This document shows positions 29,180-38,481 of a stretch of 64,000 bases of DNA, in pieces. Made by a program: the position numbers and the translations under genes. The notes beneath the pieces are model-generated. The model worked only from the letters and a program-made list of their open reading frames with translations. It did not search any database and had not been told where the DNA came from. Numbering within the stretch: the first letter of the stretch is position 1; every line of letters starts with the position of its first letter. This stretch comes from Vulcanimicrobiota bacterium (GTDB taxonomy: Bacteria; Vulcanimicrobiota; Xenobia; Xenobiales; JADMJV01): contig JBFWNU010000008.1 in assembly GCA_050250895.1 (NCBI GenBank), positions 1 to 64,000 of the forward strand, in the 5' to 3' direction.

Positions 29180-30002
29180 CGGCGAAGTCCGGCTGCGTCC
29201 CCTGCCGGTGGCCGGATTGGCCCATTGCGTGCTGCTCTTGCCCGAGCAGGGCGACTATCTGCAGTCTTTTCGCAAAGCCTTCGAGCTGAGGCTGCCCAAC
29301 CTCGACCCCTTTCGCCCCCATGACTGGGCCGTGGCTTCCTCTCCACGGCCCTGCAGCTTTGGTATTATGGCTCAGGGAGCCTGGAAATGGCACATTCTCA
29401 TCGACCCGGCAGGCATGTCTCCCGAAGTCGAGGCGGCCGTTCTCGACGGTGACCTGGGCGAACAGGTCATGGCGGCCATCGAGCGACAGGCCGTTTGCGT
29501 GATGGTATTTCTGCTGGAAGGCCCCGAAGAGGCTACCCCGATCGATCGCATGCGCGCCTTGTGCGAAGCCGCCTGGGCCTGGCTTGACGTGGGGGCCGAA
29601 GTGTTGATCTGGCCCGAGGGGCGCACGGCCTTGCTGCGTGACACGCTCATCGGGCTGCGTCCGCTCGATCTCGAGCCCGAACACAGCTATCTTTTCGTGT
29701 CCAACGGAGTGGCCGCTCACCAGTCCAATCGCTCCCGTTACTGGCTGCGGACCTGGGGGATGGGTCAGTTTGCCCTGCCCGACCTTTGTGCCTCGGTGGT
29801 GAGCAACAGGCCGGTCTTTGAAGCCGAACTCGAAAGCCTGAAGCTGCTTTTCGAGACCCTGCCGCCGGCGATGATCCGCGAGCATGGCGTGCTACCCACC
29901 GGGGGCACCGTCGAGGTCGGCGAGCGGGTTTGGACCGCCTCGACGGCGCCCCAGGACGCACCCACCCTGGCCAGCCGCTACGGTCTACAGTATTTTGAGT
30001 GA
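29160..30002 (+). CDS. Hypothetical protein (DUF4261-like)
   Basis: Overlaps both neighbours; WLRTWGMGQFALPDL resembles the TxGLxxFGLPDL motif of DUF4261. Confidence 0.6.
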   Translation: MTSKASNGEVRLRPLPVAGLAHCVLLLPEQGDYLQSFRKAFELRLPNLDPFRPHDWAVASSPRPCSFGIMAQGAWKWHILIDPAGMSPEVEAAVLDGDLGEQVMAAIERQAVCVMVFLLEGPEEATPIDRMRALCEAAWAWLDVGAEVLIWPEGRTALLRDTLIGLRPLDLEPEHSYLFVSNGVAAHQSNRSRYWLRTWGMGQFALPDLCASVVSNRPVFEAELESLKLLFETLPPAMIREHGVLPTGGTVEVGERVWTASTAPQDAPTLASRYGLQYFE

Positions 30003-30750
30003 CCGTCGGGCCCTCTGGGCTCGGCTCGGCCTGGCCGGCGAACCCGACTTCACCTCGCCTCACCCCGGCCAGCTTCACACTGGCGCGGCTCTGCGGCAAG
30101 GGCTGGACCCCCATCGCTTGCTGGCCCGAGCCAGCGCCGACCCCTGGCTCGATGATTGCCACTTGCGTCCGCCCGGCATCCTGGTGGCCCGGTTGGCCCC
30201 GCTCGCCTTGTGGAGGGCCGCCCACCAGCCATGGTTGGCAGTGCCTCGGGGCCAGCCCGAAATGGAGGGGCCCGAGTCGCCTCGCCGACGATTGGTGGAG
30301 GAGTGTCTGGCCCGGCTCGGCTCGTCAGCCCGGGTCCGGGTGGCTCCAGGCGAGCTGGTGGGAGCGACTCGCCAGGCTCGCTTCGAGGCTCTGGCGGTGG
30401 CTCCGCGGCGACCTCTGACCAGGGCCTCGGTCAGTCTGCGCGAGGTCGAGTACGCCGCTTTGCGGGCGGCGCGCCTGCCCTCTCCCGGCCAGCCACCCGG
30501 CCCCAGCCAGGCCGTCGATCACGAGCAGTTGGCCTGGCTCGAGCACGGTCGCTGGCTGTACGAGTTGGCGGGCCAGCGAGGCCGGCCCGATTGGCTGGTC
30601 AACTGGTTGGTGGAAACGGCCCGACGGCTGGATGTCTATTACCGTCACCAGGCTATCTTTCTGGCTCCCGAGCGTGAGGCCAGACTGGCCATCTGGCACG
30701 GCTACGGGCGTGCCCTCGACCAGATCGGGCAGGACTTGGGACTGGGCTGA
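29995..30750 (+). CDS. Degenerate arginyl-tRNA synthetase-like protein (HIGH-like start plus DALR anticodon-binding domain)
   Basis: DFTSPHPGQLHTGAA vs ArgRS EFxSxNPxxPLHxGH; VEYAALR, PDWLVNWLVETARRLDVYY, ARLA...LGL. TTG 29995 overlaps the upstream gene end. Confidence 0.6.
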   Translation: MSDRRALWARLGLAGEPDFTSPHPGQLHTGAALRQGLDPHRLLARASADPWLDDCHLRPPGILVARLAPLALWRAAHQPWLAVPRGQPEMEGPESPRRRLVEECLARLGSSARVRVAPGELVGATRQARFEALAVAPRRPLTRASVSLREVEYAALRAARLPSPGQPPGPSQAVDHEQLAWLEHGRWLYELAGQRGRPDWLVNWLVETARRLDVYYRHQAIFLAPEREARLAIWHGYGRALDQIGQDLGLG

Positions 30751-30837
30751 ACCGAACCTGGGTAGGTGAAGCCCGACGAGAGCCCGATGGACACAACCAC
30801 TGAGGTCACCCAAGCCACCCCCGAAAGGGTCCGCTGA

Positions 30838-31512
30838 ATGCGGGTCCGGTGCCTCTACTTCGCCTCCTTGCAAAGCGCCGTGGGCGAGGCCGAGCAAGAG
30901 CTCGAATTACCCGCGGGGAGCCGAGTGGGCGACCTGTTGCAGCTGGTGGAAGACCGGTACCCCGAGCTGGCCCGCTACGGCCGTCGCTACAAGGTGGCGG
31001 TCAACTGCGAGTTTGTCGAACCCGAGGCCGAACTGCCCGAGGGGGCCGAGGTGGCTCTTTTGCCCCCGGTTAGCGGCGGCAGCGGCGACGCCGTCTTTCT
31101 CAGCGAAGAGCCGTTGTCGATCGATGACGCGCTGGCCGCCGTGCGCCGGCCCGACTGCGGAGCGGTGGCGCTGTTTGTGGGCACGGTGCGGGACTCGCAC
31201 GAGGGCCAACCGGTGACCCATCTCGACTACTCGGCCTACCAGGCCATGGCGCTGCCGGCCATGCAGCGCCTGGCCGACGAAGCGCGGGTGCGCTGGCAGT
31301 TGGGCGGGTTGGTGCTGGGGCACCGGACCGGTCGGGTCCAAGCCGGCGAGCCGGCCGTGGTGGTGGCCGTCTCTTCGGGCCACCGCCGCGAATCGTTCGA
31401 GGCTTCTCGCTGGTTGATCGATAGTTTGAAAGCAGAAGTGCCGATATGGAAACGAGAGGTCGGGCCAGGGGGTGCCGTCTGGATCGAAGGCGACGCCAGG
31501 GTATCCGGCTAG
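30838..31512 (+). CDS. moaD-moaE: Fused molybdopterin synthase MoaD-MoaE
   Basis: YFA...AVN...EVALLPPVSGG followed in frame by GAVALFVGTVRD, HRTG, HRRESF, LKAEVPIWKRE. Confidence 0.92.
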   Translation: MRVRCLYFASLQSAVGEAEQELELPAGSRVGDLLQLVEDRYPELARYGRRYKVAVNCEFVEPEAELPEGAEVALLPPVSGGSGDAVFLSEEPLSIDDALAAVRRPDCGAVALFVGTVRDSHEGQPVTHLDYSAYQAMALPAMQRLADEARVRWQLGGLVLGHRTGRVQAGEPAVVVAVSSGHRRESFEASRWLIDSLKAEVPIWKREVGPGGAVWIEGDARVSG

Positions 31513-31610
31513 ACCAGGAGAAATATCCTTGGTTGGCAAGGCTCCTGTAACATGCCGGTGTTAGACTGGCAGGGGACGGGGTCGAACCAGACCTCAAGGA
31601 GCATTAGGAA

Positions 31611-33212
31611 TTGGATGTCACTGGAGGAGTCGTAGCCCTTCTGACTCTGGCCGCCATCCTCATCGGTTCGCGCTGGACTCGGCGAGAGCGCAAAGAGAAG
31701 GTAGCCACCAAGCCAGAAGGGGTCGAAGCCGAAGAGCGCTGCACGGTTCGCGTCGGCCGAGGCGTTTTGCCGCTGGCTGACCCCAAGCGTGGAGCTTTGC
31801 TCTTGCGGGTTGTTCCTATCTTGCGACTACGCTGGGCCGAGCGAGGCTTGACGCTGCCGGCCGCGCGCTTTACCGACGATGCTCAACTCGGCTACAACGA
31901 GTATGCACTGATGATCGATGGCCGCGAGGTCCTGCGCGAGACCGTATACGCCGACCGCGTGTTGGTGATGCCGCCTCCCGATGCCGTCGTGACCGACGGG
32001 GTCGAGGCCAACCTCGAGGGAGTGCGATGCTGGTGGGTGGCTCGAGCCGAGCGCCAGCGGGCCGAAGAGCGCGGCTGGATGATCCTCGAACCCGAAGAAG
32101 CTTTCCTCAGCCAGCTCTCGAGTCTGGCCCGGGCCCGTCTCCACGAGCTTGAAGAGTGGGGCCAGTATTTCAGCAACCCCAGCAACACTCAGCTAGAACG
32201 CTTTCGCGAGCGGGTCATTCAACGTCTCGACAACGGCCTGTCGGTTCATCCCATCGACTACTTCGCCAATCGCTTCGAGCGGCACGGCGAACTGGGCTAT
32301 GAGAATTCCGACCCGATGGGAATCGACGACTCCTGCGACATGGTGGCCGCGATGATTTTTCAGAGTCTGGCTCTGTATCTCAAGGATGCGGTCACCCGTC
32401 GCCTCAACAGCAACCAGCTCGAGCGCCTCAATCGGGCTCTGCTGATGATTTGGGAGTTCTCTGAAGACGAGCGAGAGCAGTTGATGCGGCGCGCGCGCTT
32501 CTGGAATCTCTACGATGACGAAGAGGCGGTGCGTTCGGTCGTTCACCTCATGAGCCAGGGCCGCGAGGTGCGCTCGCGACTGAGGCCCCAGCGCCGCTTG
32601 GCCCTGTTGTTGTCGTGCCTGGAAGAACCCAGCCGAACCCGCATCATTAATCGAGTGGCCACCCAGTTGAGCGACCGCGAGTTGGGCGAATTGGCCTCGG
32701 AGCTCTCCAATATTCCACCCTGCACCATCTTGACCTCGGCCGCCCTGACCGATCCCCTCGAGCGCGAGCGCACCCAGGTGGTGGGCGAGTTCATCGACTC
32801 GGTCGAGCAAGCCTCGGAACAACCCGTGTCGGAGTTCATCGAAGAAGAGGCTATCGGCTACGTGCGCCGCGATCCGTCCCGGGCCGCGGTGGTGGTTCGC
32901 CAATTGTGGTTTTTCGATGACCCCATCGAACGATTGCGCCGAGCGGCCTTTCGGACCCCGGAACGGATCGCCCAGATGATCTTGTTCTGTCGCTCGCGCC
33001 AGCCCGGCTACTATCTCTGGGGACCTGAAAAGATTGCCATCTTGCTGGACTGCCTGCCGGCCAACCTGGCTCGCACCCTGAGGCGAGCCCTGGCCCGCAC
33101 GGCCCTGCCTCCGCAGCAGCCCGGAGAAATCACCAGTGAGCGTCGCCAACGAGTGCTCTACGAGTTCGTCAGGCGCTCGCGCGCGTTGTCCCGCCAGACT
33201 TCGAACAATTGA
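31611..33212 (+). CDS. Membrane-anchored protein with FlhA/FHIPEP cytoplasmic-domain-like region and FliG-like helical C-terminus
   Basis: Single N-terminal TM; VGRGVLPLADP...GLTLPAARFTDDAQLGYNEYALMIDGREV; RLALLLSCL...LSDRELGELASEL; KIAILLDCLP. Confidence 0.65.
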   Translation: MDVTGGVVALLTLAAILIGSRWTRRERKEKVATKPEGVEAEERCTVRVGRGVLPLADPKRGALLLRVVPILRLRWAERGLTLPAARFTDDAQLGYNEYALMIDGREVLRETVYADRVLVMPPPDAVVTDGVEANLEGVRCWWVARAERQRAEERGWMILEPEEAFLSQLSSLARARLHELEEWGQYFSNPSNTQLERFRERVIQRLDNGLSVHPIDYFANRFERHGELGYENSDPMGIDDSCDMVAAMIFQSLALYLKDAVTRRLNSNQLERLNRALLMIWEFSEDEREQLMRRARFWNLYDDEEAVRSVVHLMSQGREVRSRLRPQRRLALLLSCLEEPSRTRIINRVATQLSDRELGELASELSNIPPCTILTSAALTDPLERERTQVVGEFIDSVEQASEQPVSEFIEEEAIGYVRRDPSRAAVVVRQLWFFDDPIERLRRAAFRTPERIAQMILFCRSRQPGYYLWGPEKIAILLDCLPANLARTLRRALARTALPPQQPGEITSERRQRVLYEFVRRSRALSRQTSNN

Positions 33213-33270
33213 GCCTGCCAATTATGTAACATCGGGCCGGCCGGTCGGTCCAAGCCGTCAGGAGGGAACG

Positions 33271-34221
33271 ATGAACGCAATTTTCAGATACATTCTCGCA
33301 ATCACCTGCACCCTGGCCTTGTTGGGCGGTGCCCCTGAAGCCCAGGCTCGTCCCCAGCGCGGCGGCGGAGCCCGTCAGAGCACCGGCACCAAGACCTATA
33401 ACCGCGGCGGAACCCACACCCGGACCAACGCTCAGGGTCAAGCTCGCACGGGCACCTGGCAAGGTCAGGGGACTTTCACCCGCGGTCAGGGTGAGGCATC
33501 CAAGAGCTACAAAGGCACAGTCTCTAACGATCGCGGCCAGAGCGCCGACGTCGAGCGCCAGACCAATTGGCGGCGCAACGACGACGGCTATACCAAGTCG
33601 GGCAGCCAGACGGTCACTGGGCCCGAGGGCCATTCGCGCACTACCGAGGGCAGCAAGACCTGGACCAACAACCAGGACGGTAGCGCCACCAAGACTTACG
33701 AGAAGACCATCACCAACGACCAGGGCCAGTCCAAGACCGTGGAAGGCTCGGCCACCTATACCAATACCGGCGATGGCACTTATTCCAAGGAGGGCTCACG
33801 CACGGTCACCGGGCCCAACGGCGAAGCTCACACCAGCACCAGCAGTGGGACCGGTTCGGTTACTCGCAGCCCTGAGGGGGTCAACCACACCTACCAGGGC
33901 ACTGTCACCAAAGATCAGGGCGAGACCTTCAATGTTGATCGCGGCGCCGATTACAGCCGCAATGGCGAGGGGGGAGCCACCCGCGAGGGCCACTACAACG
34001 TGACCAACAGCCAGGGCGAGAGCGTGGGCTCGGGCCAGGCCACCACCACTTACACCCCTGGTCAGGGCGCTCAGACCGAGTCTACTCGCACGAACGCCAC
34101 CGGGACCAGCACCCGAAACGCCCGTTGGTACTGGGACGGTTCCAGGTGGGTGAAAACGGTCGAGACCCAGGGTCCCAAGGGGCAGTCGACCGAGACCACT
34201 ACCACTTCCGAGAAGCAGTAA
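33271..34221 (+). CDS. Secreted Thr/Gly-rich beta-repeat protein
   Basis: GGAGGG RBS; signal peptide ending AQA; recurring GSxTVTGPxG and xYxxTxxNDxGQS units. Confidence 0.85.
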   Translation: MNAIFRYILAITCTLALLGGAPEAQARPQRGGGARQSTGTKTYNRGGTHTRTNAQGQARTGTWQGQGTFTRGQGEASKSYKGTVSNDRGQSADVERQTNWRRNDDGYTKSGSQTVTGPEGHSRTTEGSKTWTNNQDGSATKTYEKTITNDQGQSKTVEGSATYTNTGDGTYSKEGSRTVTGPNGEAHTSTSSGTGSVTRSPEGVNHTYQGTVTKDQGETFNVDRGADYSRNGEGGATREGHYNVTNSQGESVGSGQATTTYTPGQGAQTESTRTNATGTSTRNARWYWDGSRWVKTVETQGPKGQSTETTTTSEKQ

Positions 34222-35757
34222 CTAGCCCAGCGTTACCGCGCCTGTCGAGGGCTCTCCCTCGTTGACGTGGGATCTGGCCAGGTAGTCGGTCGGTTTGCCC
34301 CAGCGGTCGCCCAGAGTGTGACCGTCGACCGTATCGACGTAGTAGGCGTGCCCGCCTCCATAGACGACCGCACCGTTCTGGCCGGGCACATCGGCCAGAG
34401 CAAGGGGTCGCACCAGGTCGTCGAGTCCTAATAGATGGGGAACCGTCCGCGAGCCTTCACCGTTGTTCAGGCTTAGTAACGCCTGCCCAAAAGTGAAGGC
34501 TCCTTCGTGTCCCTCTAACTGGGCTCGCTTGGCCGCTGCCGTGAAGAGCAGGTTCGCATAGCTCCTGGTATCGTTGCGCTCGCCCGCATAGTGGCTGGCG
34601 GTGGTGCCCGCCTCGAGTTCCTGGCCGGTCAGGTTGAGTTGATACCCGTCGCGCATCACCACCTCGTAGCCGCCCTGCTGGTTGGGAGTGAAGCTCTCGA
34701 GAATGGCTCCCCCATAGTGGTCCATGGCCGCCTTGATGAAGGCTGTGGCGACACAGTTGCCGCGGTCGGTCTGGTGGAAGGCCGTAAACAGATCCGACGC
34801 AAGTTCGCCCCCGGCGGCCACCCGTTCGAGCGCCTCGCGGTCAAGCGAGGTCCACTGGTTCGCGGCTTCCGGGGTGGGGCTGTAGTTGACCTCTTTGACA
34901 TCCTCACGACTGATGACGCCGTCGAGTTGTTGACCCGGCCAATGGGTTTGGACCCGTGTCGGCGTGAAAGCCGCGTTGGCGACGTCAAAACCGTTGAAGA
35001 GGTTGGGGTGGCCAAGAAACTCCACGGCCACCTCGCGAAACTTCCCGGGGGTGGCGGGATCGTGGATGATGGCTTGCAGGTCCTGGCGGCTGAAGGTGTC
35101 GTCGATTGCTCCGCGAGCATCGAAGTATTCGAAGGCGCTGGTTTGGTCGACTCGGCTGTGCAGGTCAGATTCCAGGTCGACAAAGGTCAGGGCGCCGGCA
35201 TCGGGCTCGAGTTCGACGAATCGCTGCAGATCGCTGGCGGTGATCTCCCGGGTGACGCGACTGTCGCCGGCCACATCCATGCTGGTGAGGAGGATGGGGT
35301 CCGCCAACAGTTCTTGAGCCGCCAGTCGGGGCTCTTCGGGCAGTGCCTGGTCGGCTGCCACTCGCTGCAGGTCTGGGAGCGAGTAGCTGCCCCCAACCCG
35401 GGCCAGGCCCATGGAATCGAGCAGGCTGGTGGCCACCTGCTCGTAGCTCATCTCGGCGTCGCCCGAGTATCCAACCATCATCTCGGGGGCGGGCCGCGGC
35501 GGGGGTTGATTCACGAAGGTCGCCATCGCGGTCACGGCCAGGGCGGCACCGGCCAGACCCGCCAACCAGCGTCCCTTTCGCCTGGAGCGGCTCGAGTGGG
35601 TCGAGGGCGCAGGCGGCGGGCTGACATCCAGATAGTCGGTCGGCCCGAGTCGAGCCCGGGGAGGAGTGGCTCTAGCCAGGGGCGCGGCCTCGGGGCTCCG
35701 GCCGCTAGACAGACAGGAGGCGCGGTGTTCTACACCGATGGAACTGACGGACAGCAT
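34222..35757 (-). CDS. Membrane-anchored protein with EF-hand-like loops and a putative papain-fold peptidase domain
   Basis: TM segment after an Arg-rich stretch; acidic loops such as DGVISREDV; QTDRGNCV, GHAYYV, DRWG. Confidence 0.6.
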   Translation of the reverse strand: MLSVSSIGVEHRASCLSSGRSPEAAPLARATPPRARLGPTDYLDVSPPPAPSTHSSRSRRKGRWLAGLAGAALAVTAMATFVNQPPPRPAPEMMVGYSGDAEMSYEQVATSLLDSMGLARVGGSYSLPDLQRVAADQALPEEPRLAAQELLADPILLTSMDVAGDSRVTREITASDLQRFVELEPDAGALTFVDLESDLHSRVDQTSAFEYFDARGAIDDTFSRQDLQAIIHDPATPGKFREVAVEFLGHPNLFNGFDVANAAFTPTRVQTHWPGQQLDGVISREDVKEVNYSPTPEAANQWTSLDREALERVAAGGELASDLFTAFHQTDRGNCVATAFIKAAMDHYGGAILESFTPNQQGGYEVVMRDGYQLNLTGQELEAGTTASHYAGERNDTRSYANLLFTAAAKRAQLEGHEGAFTFGQALLSLNNGEGSRTVPHLLGLDDLVRPLALADVPGQNGAVVYGGGHAYYVDTVDGHTLGDRWGKPTDYLARSHVNEGEPSTGAVTLG

Positions 35758-35877
35758 GGCTTATTCTACGATCCGCCGGTTGGACAACTGCTGGCCGGGC
35801 GTCGAAATTGTAAATCGTTTATGCCGAAGGGATCCTCGGAGGGCTTGTGAAATACTTCACAAAGTCGGAGGTAACCA

Positions 35878-36963
35878 ATGACACTGCTAACACCCACCGC
35901 CCGAGAACAGATCGAGGAGCGGGTGCAGCGGGGGGAACGCCTCTCTTCTGAAGAGGGGCTGGCGCTTTACAACGAACCCGACCTGGAGTGGGTCGGCCGC
36001 CTGGCCAACCTGGTTCGCGAGCGCCGCTATCAGGACCGGACCACCTACGTGGTCAACATGCACCTCAACTACTCCAACCTGTGCACCTTGTCGTGCATGT
36101 TCTGCGCTTTCGCCAAGAAACGGGGCGAAGAGGGTGCCTACGAGATGTCTCTCGACGAGATGGTCGAGCGGGTGGCCGTACTCGGCGACATCGACGGCGC
36201 CGAGGTCCATATCGTGGGCGGACTGCACCCCGACTATCCCTATGAGTACTATCCGCGGCTGTTGGCCACCTTACGCGCGCGCTATCCCAAAGTTCACCTC
36301 AAGGCGTTCACCGCCGTCGAGATAGACTACTTTGCCGAGTTGGCGGGCAAAGACGTGGACTGGGTCCTGCAAGATCTGCGCGACCACGGGCTAGGCTCGA
36401 TGCCCGGGGGGGGAGCCGAGGTGCTCACCGAGCGGATCCATCAAAAGTTGTACCGCGATAAAATGGGGCCCGACCGCTGGCTGGAGGTGCACGCCCGCGC
36501 CCACCATTTCGGGATTCGCACCAGTGCCACGCTGTTGGCCGGTCATATCGAGACCCTCGAAGAACGCGTGGTCCACTTGCAACGCCTGCGTGATTTGCAG
36601 GACCAGACCGGCGGGTTTCTGGCTTACATCCCGCTTCGCTTTCACCCCGACAACACGCCTTTGCGCAAACTGCCTTTTATGGACTCCGACCAGATCTTGC
36701 GCAACGTGGCCGTGGGACGGCTGATGTTGGACAACTTCGACCACATCAAGGCCTATTGGGTGATGAGCGGCCTCGACACGGCGGCCCGTTCCCAGTGGTT
36801 CGGGGCTGACGACTTTGACGGCACGGTGGTGGACGAGCGGATCACCCATATGGCCGGCTGCGAGACTCCCGTAGGGGTGACTGAAGACAGTCTGACCAGG
36901 CTGATTCGAGACTCTGGTCGCCGGCCGGTCCGCCGCGACGCTCTCTATAACCCGGTCGGCTGA
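35878..36963 (+). CDS. mqnE: Aminofutalosine synthase (CofH-family radical SAM)
   Basis: NYSNLCTLSCMFCAF, HIVGGLHP, KAFTAVEI, MPGGGAE, HIKAYW. Confidence 0.88.
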   Translation: MTLLTPTAREQIEERVQRGERLSSEEGLALYNEPDLEWVGRLANLVRERRYQDRTTYVVNMHLNYSNLCTLSCMFCAFAKKRGEEGAYEMSLDEMVERVAVLGDIDGAEVHIVGGLHPDYPYEYYPRLLATLRARYPKVHLKAFTAVEIDYFAELAGKDVDWVLQDLRDHGLGSMPGGGAEVLTERIHQKLYRDKMGPDRWLEVHARAHHFGIRTSATLLAGHIETLEERVVHLQRLRDLQDQTGGFLAYIPLRFHPDNTPLRKLPFMDSDQILRNVAVGRLMLDNFDHIKAYWVMSGLDTAARSQWFGADDFDGTVVDERITHMAGCETPVGVTEDSLTRLIRDSGRRPVRRDALYNPVG

Positions 36964-37721
36964 TGGAGTTGACGGTCCTGGGGTCGGGCACGGTCAACCC
37001 TTGTTTTGCGCGGGTCAGTTCGGGCTATTGGGTGAAGACGGCCGAGGCGAACCTGGTCCTTGACCTGGGAGCCGGCGTGTTGCGCCGAATGATCGAGTTC
37101 AACCTCGAGCCCTACCATCTGGATGCGCTCATTTTCAGTCACATCCACCCCGACCATACAGCCGACCTGGTGCCGTTGCTGTTTGCTCTTAACTACGCCC
37201 CGCCACCCTGGCGGCGCGAGCGGCCGCTGACCCTCTACGGGCCGACCGGGTTTGAGGAGTTCTATCGGGCCTTGCAGCTGGCCTGGCCCTGGGTCGGCCC
37301 GAAGGTTTGCCCCATCGAGGTGGTCGAGATCGGTAGCCAGCCCGTGGCCCGCCAGGATTGGAGGCTGTCTCCCTTTCCGGCCGTCCATTCCGGGCTCGAG
37401 GCTCGTTGCTATCGGCTCGAATCGGCCGGGCGCGTGCTGGCTTATTCCGGCGACACCGCGCCTTGCCCAGGCCTCGAGCAGGCTGCCGCCGGAGCCGATC
37501 TGTTCCTGTGCGAGTGCTCGCTGGCCAAAGGGATGGAGCGGGTTGGCGATCATTTGTGTAGCGACGAGGTCGGGGCCGTGGCCAGGCGGGCCGGGGCCGG
37601 GCGGCTGCTGTTGACCCACCTTTATCCGCAGCTTTCTCTGCCAGAGCTTTTGGCCGATGCGGCCGAGGCTTTTGGCGGTCCCGTCGAGGCGGCCCGGGAC
37701 GGAGGAGTCTATGCTGTCTGA
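36963..37721 (+). CDS. MBL-fold metallo-hydrolase (RNase Z/BN-like)
   Basis: VLGSG, SHIHPDH, YSGDT, LTHLYP. Confidence 0.9.
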   Translation: MELTVLGSGTVNPCFARVSSGYWVKTAEANLVLDLGAGVLRRMIEFNLEPYHLDALIFSHIHPDHTADLVPLLFALNYAPPPWRRERPLTLYGPTGFEEFYRALQLAWPWVGPKVCPIEVVEIGSQPVARQDWRLSPFPAVHSGLEARCYRLESAGRVLAYSGDTAPCPGLEQAAAGADLFLCECSLAKGMERVGDHLCSDEVGAVARRAGAGRLLLTHLYPQLSLPELLADAAEAFGGPVEAARDGGVYAV

Positions 37722-38481
37722 GGTCGACTTCGGCCGGACGGGGTTGCGGGTGAGCCGCCTTTGCGCCGGCACCGGCAGCTCGGGAAATGGAGCTGAATCG
37801 ATGCAGGGGCGCCAGGCGCCCGATGAGTATGCCGACGTGTTGGAGCGGGCCTTCGAGCTGGGCATTCGCTTCTGGGACACCGCCCTCCAGTACGGCACCC
37901 ATCCCCATTTGCGCACTGCCCTGGCCCGGGTGGGACGCCAGGCCGTGGTCATCGGTTCCAAGACCCACGCGGCCGGAGCCGAGCAGGCCCGGGCTGATGT
38001 GGGCCGCTGCCTGGACGAGATGGGTCTCGAGCGACTCGACATCATTCTGATGCACGAGGTCGACAGTCTCGAGCAGCTCGAGCAGCGCCAGCCGGCTCTG
38101 GCCGAACTCGAGCGTCAGCGCGACCAGGGCCGGGTGGCTGTGGTCGGATTGTCTACCCACTCCATCGATGTGCTCGAACGGATCTGCGGCGACCTTCGCT
38201 ACGGCTGTGTCTTCACCAATTACAACCTGGCCAATCTTCACATGGACGCCTCGATCGAGGACTATGAGACGGCGCTCAAGCGAGCCTACGCCGCGGGTCA
38301 GGGGGTCTACGTCCACAAGACCCTTGCCGAAGGCAGGTTAGCCGACCGGTTTCGGGAAGCACTGGTACACAACTTGACTCGGCCGTTTCTGCACTCCGTG
38401 AGCGTTGGAATGACCAGCCAAGAGGAGGTCGAAGCGGCCTGGCGGGTCGCCCAACAACACGATGTTTCGAGTCTGCCCTAG
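37711..38481 (+). CDS. Aldo/keto reductase
   Basis: FGRTGLRVSRL, WDTALQYG, IGSK, DIILMH, GLSTH; GGAGGAG RBS. Confidence 0.9.
   Translation: MLSEVDFGRTGLRVSRLCAGTGSSGNGAESMQGRQAPDEYADVLERAFELGIRFWDTALQYGTHPHLRTALARVGRQAVVIGSKTHAAGAEQARADVGRCLDEMGLERLDIILMHEVDSLEQLEQRQPALAELERQRDQGRVAVVGLSTHSIDVLERICGDLRYGCVFTNYNLANLHMDASIEDYETALKRAYAAGQGVYVHKTLAEGRLADRFREALVHNLTRPFLHSVSVGMTSQEEVEAAWRVAQQHDVSSLP

Noticed and set aside
30751-30837. Moco riboswitch or leader peptide (MDTTTEVTQATPERVR*) upstream of moaD-moaE
   Set aside because: Only a short CCC-GAAA-GGG hairpin; no Moco consensus recognised; the short ORF is unsupported.
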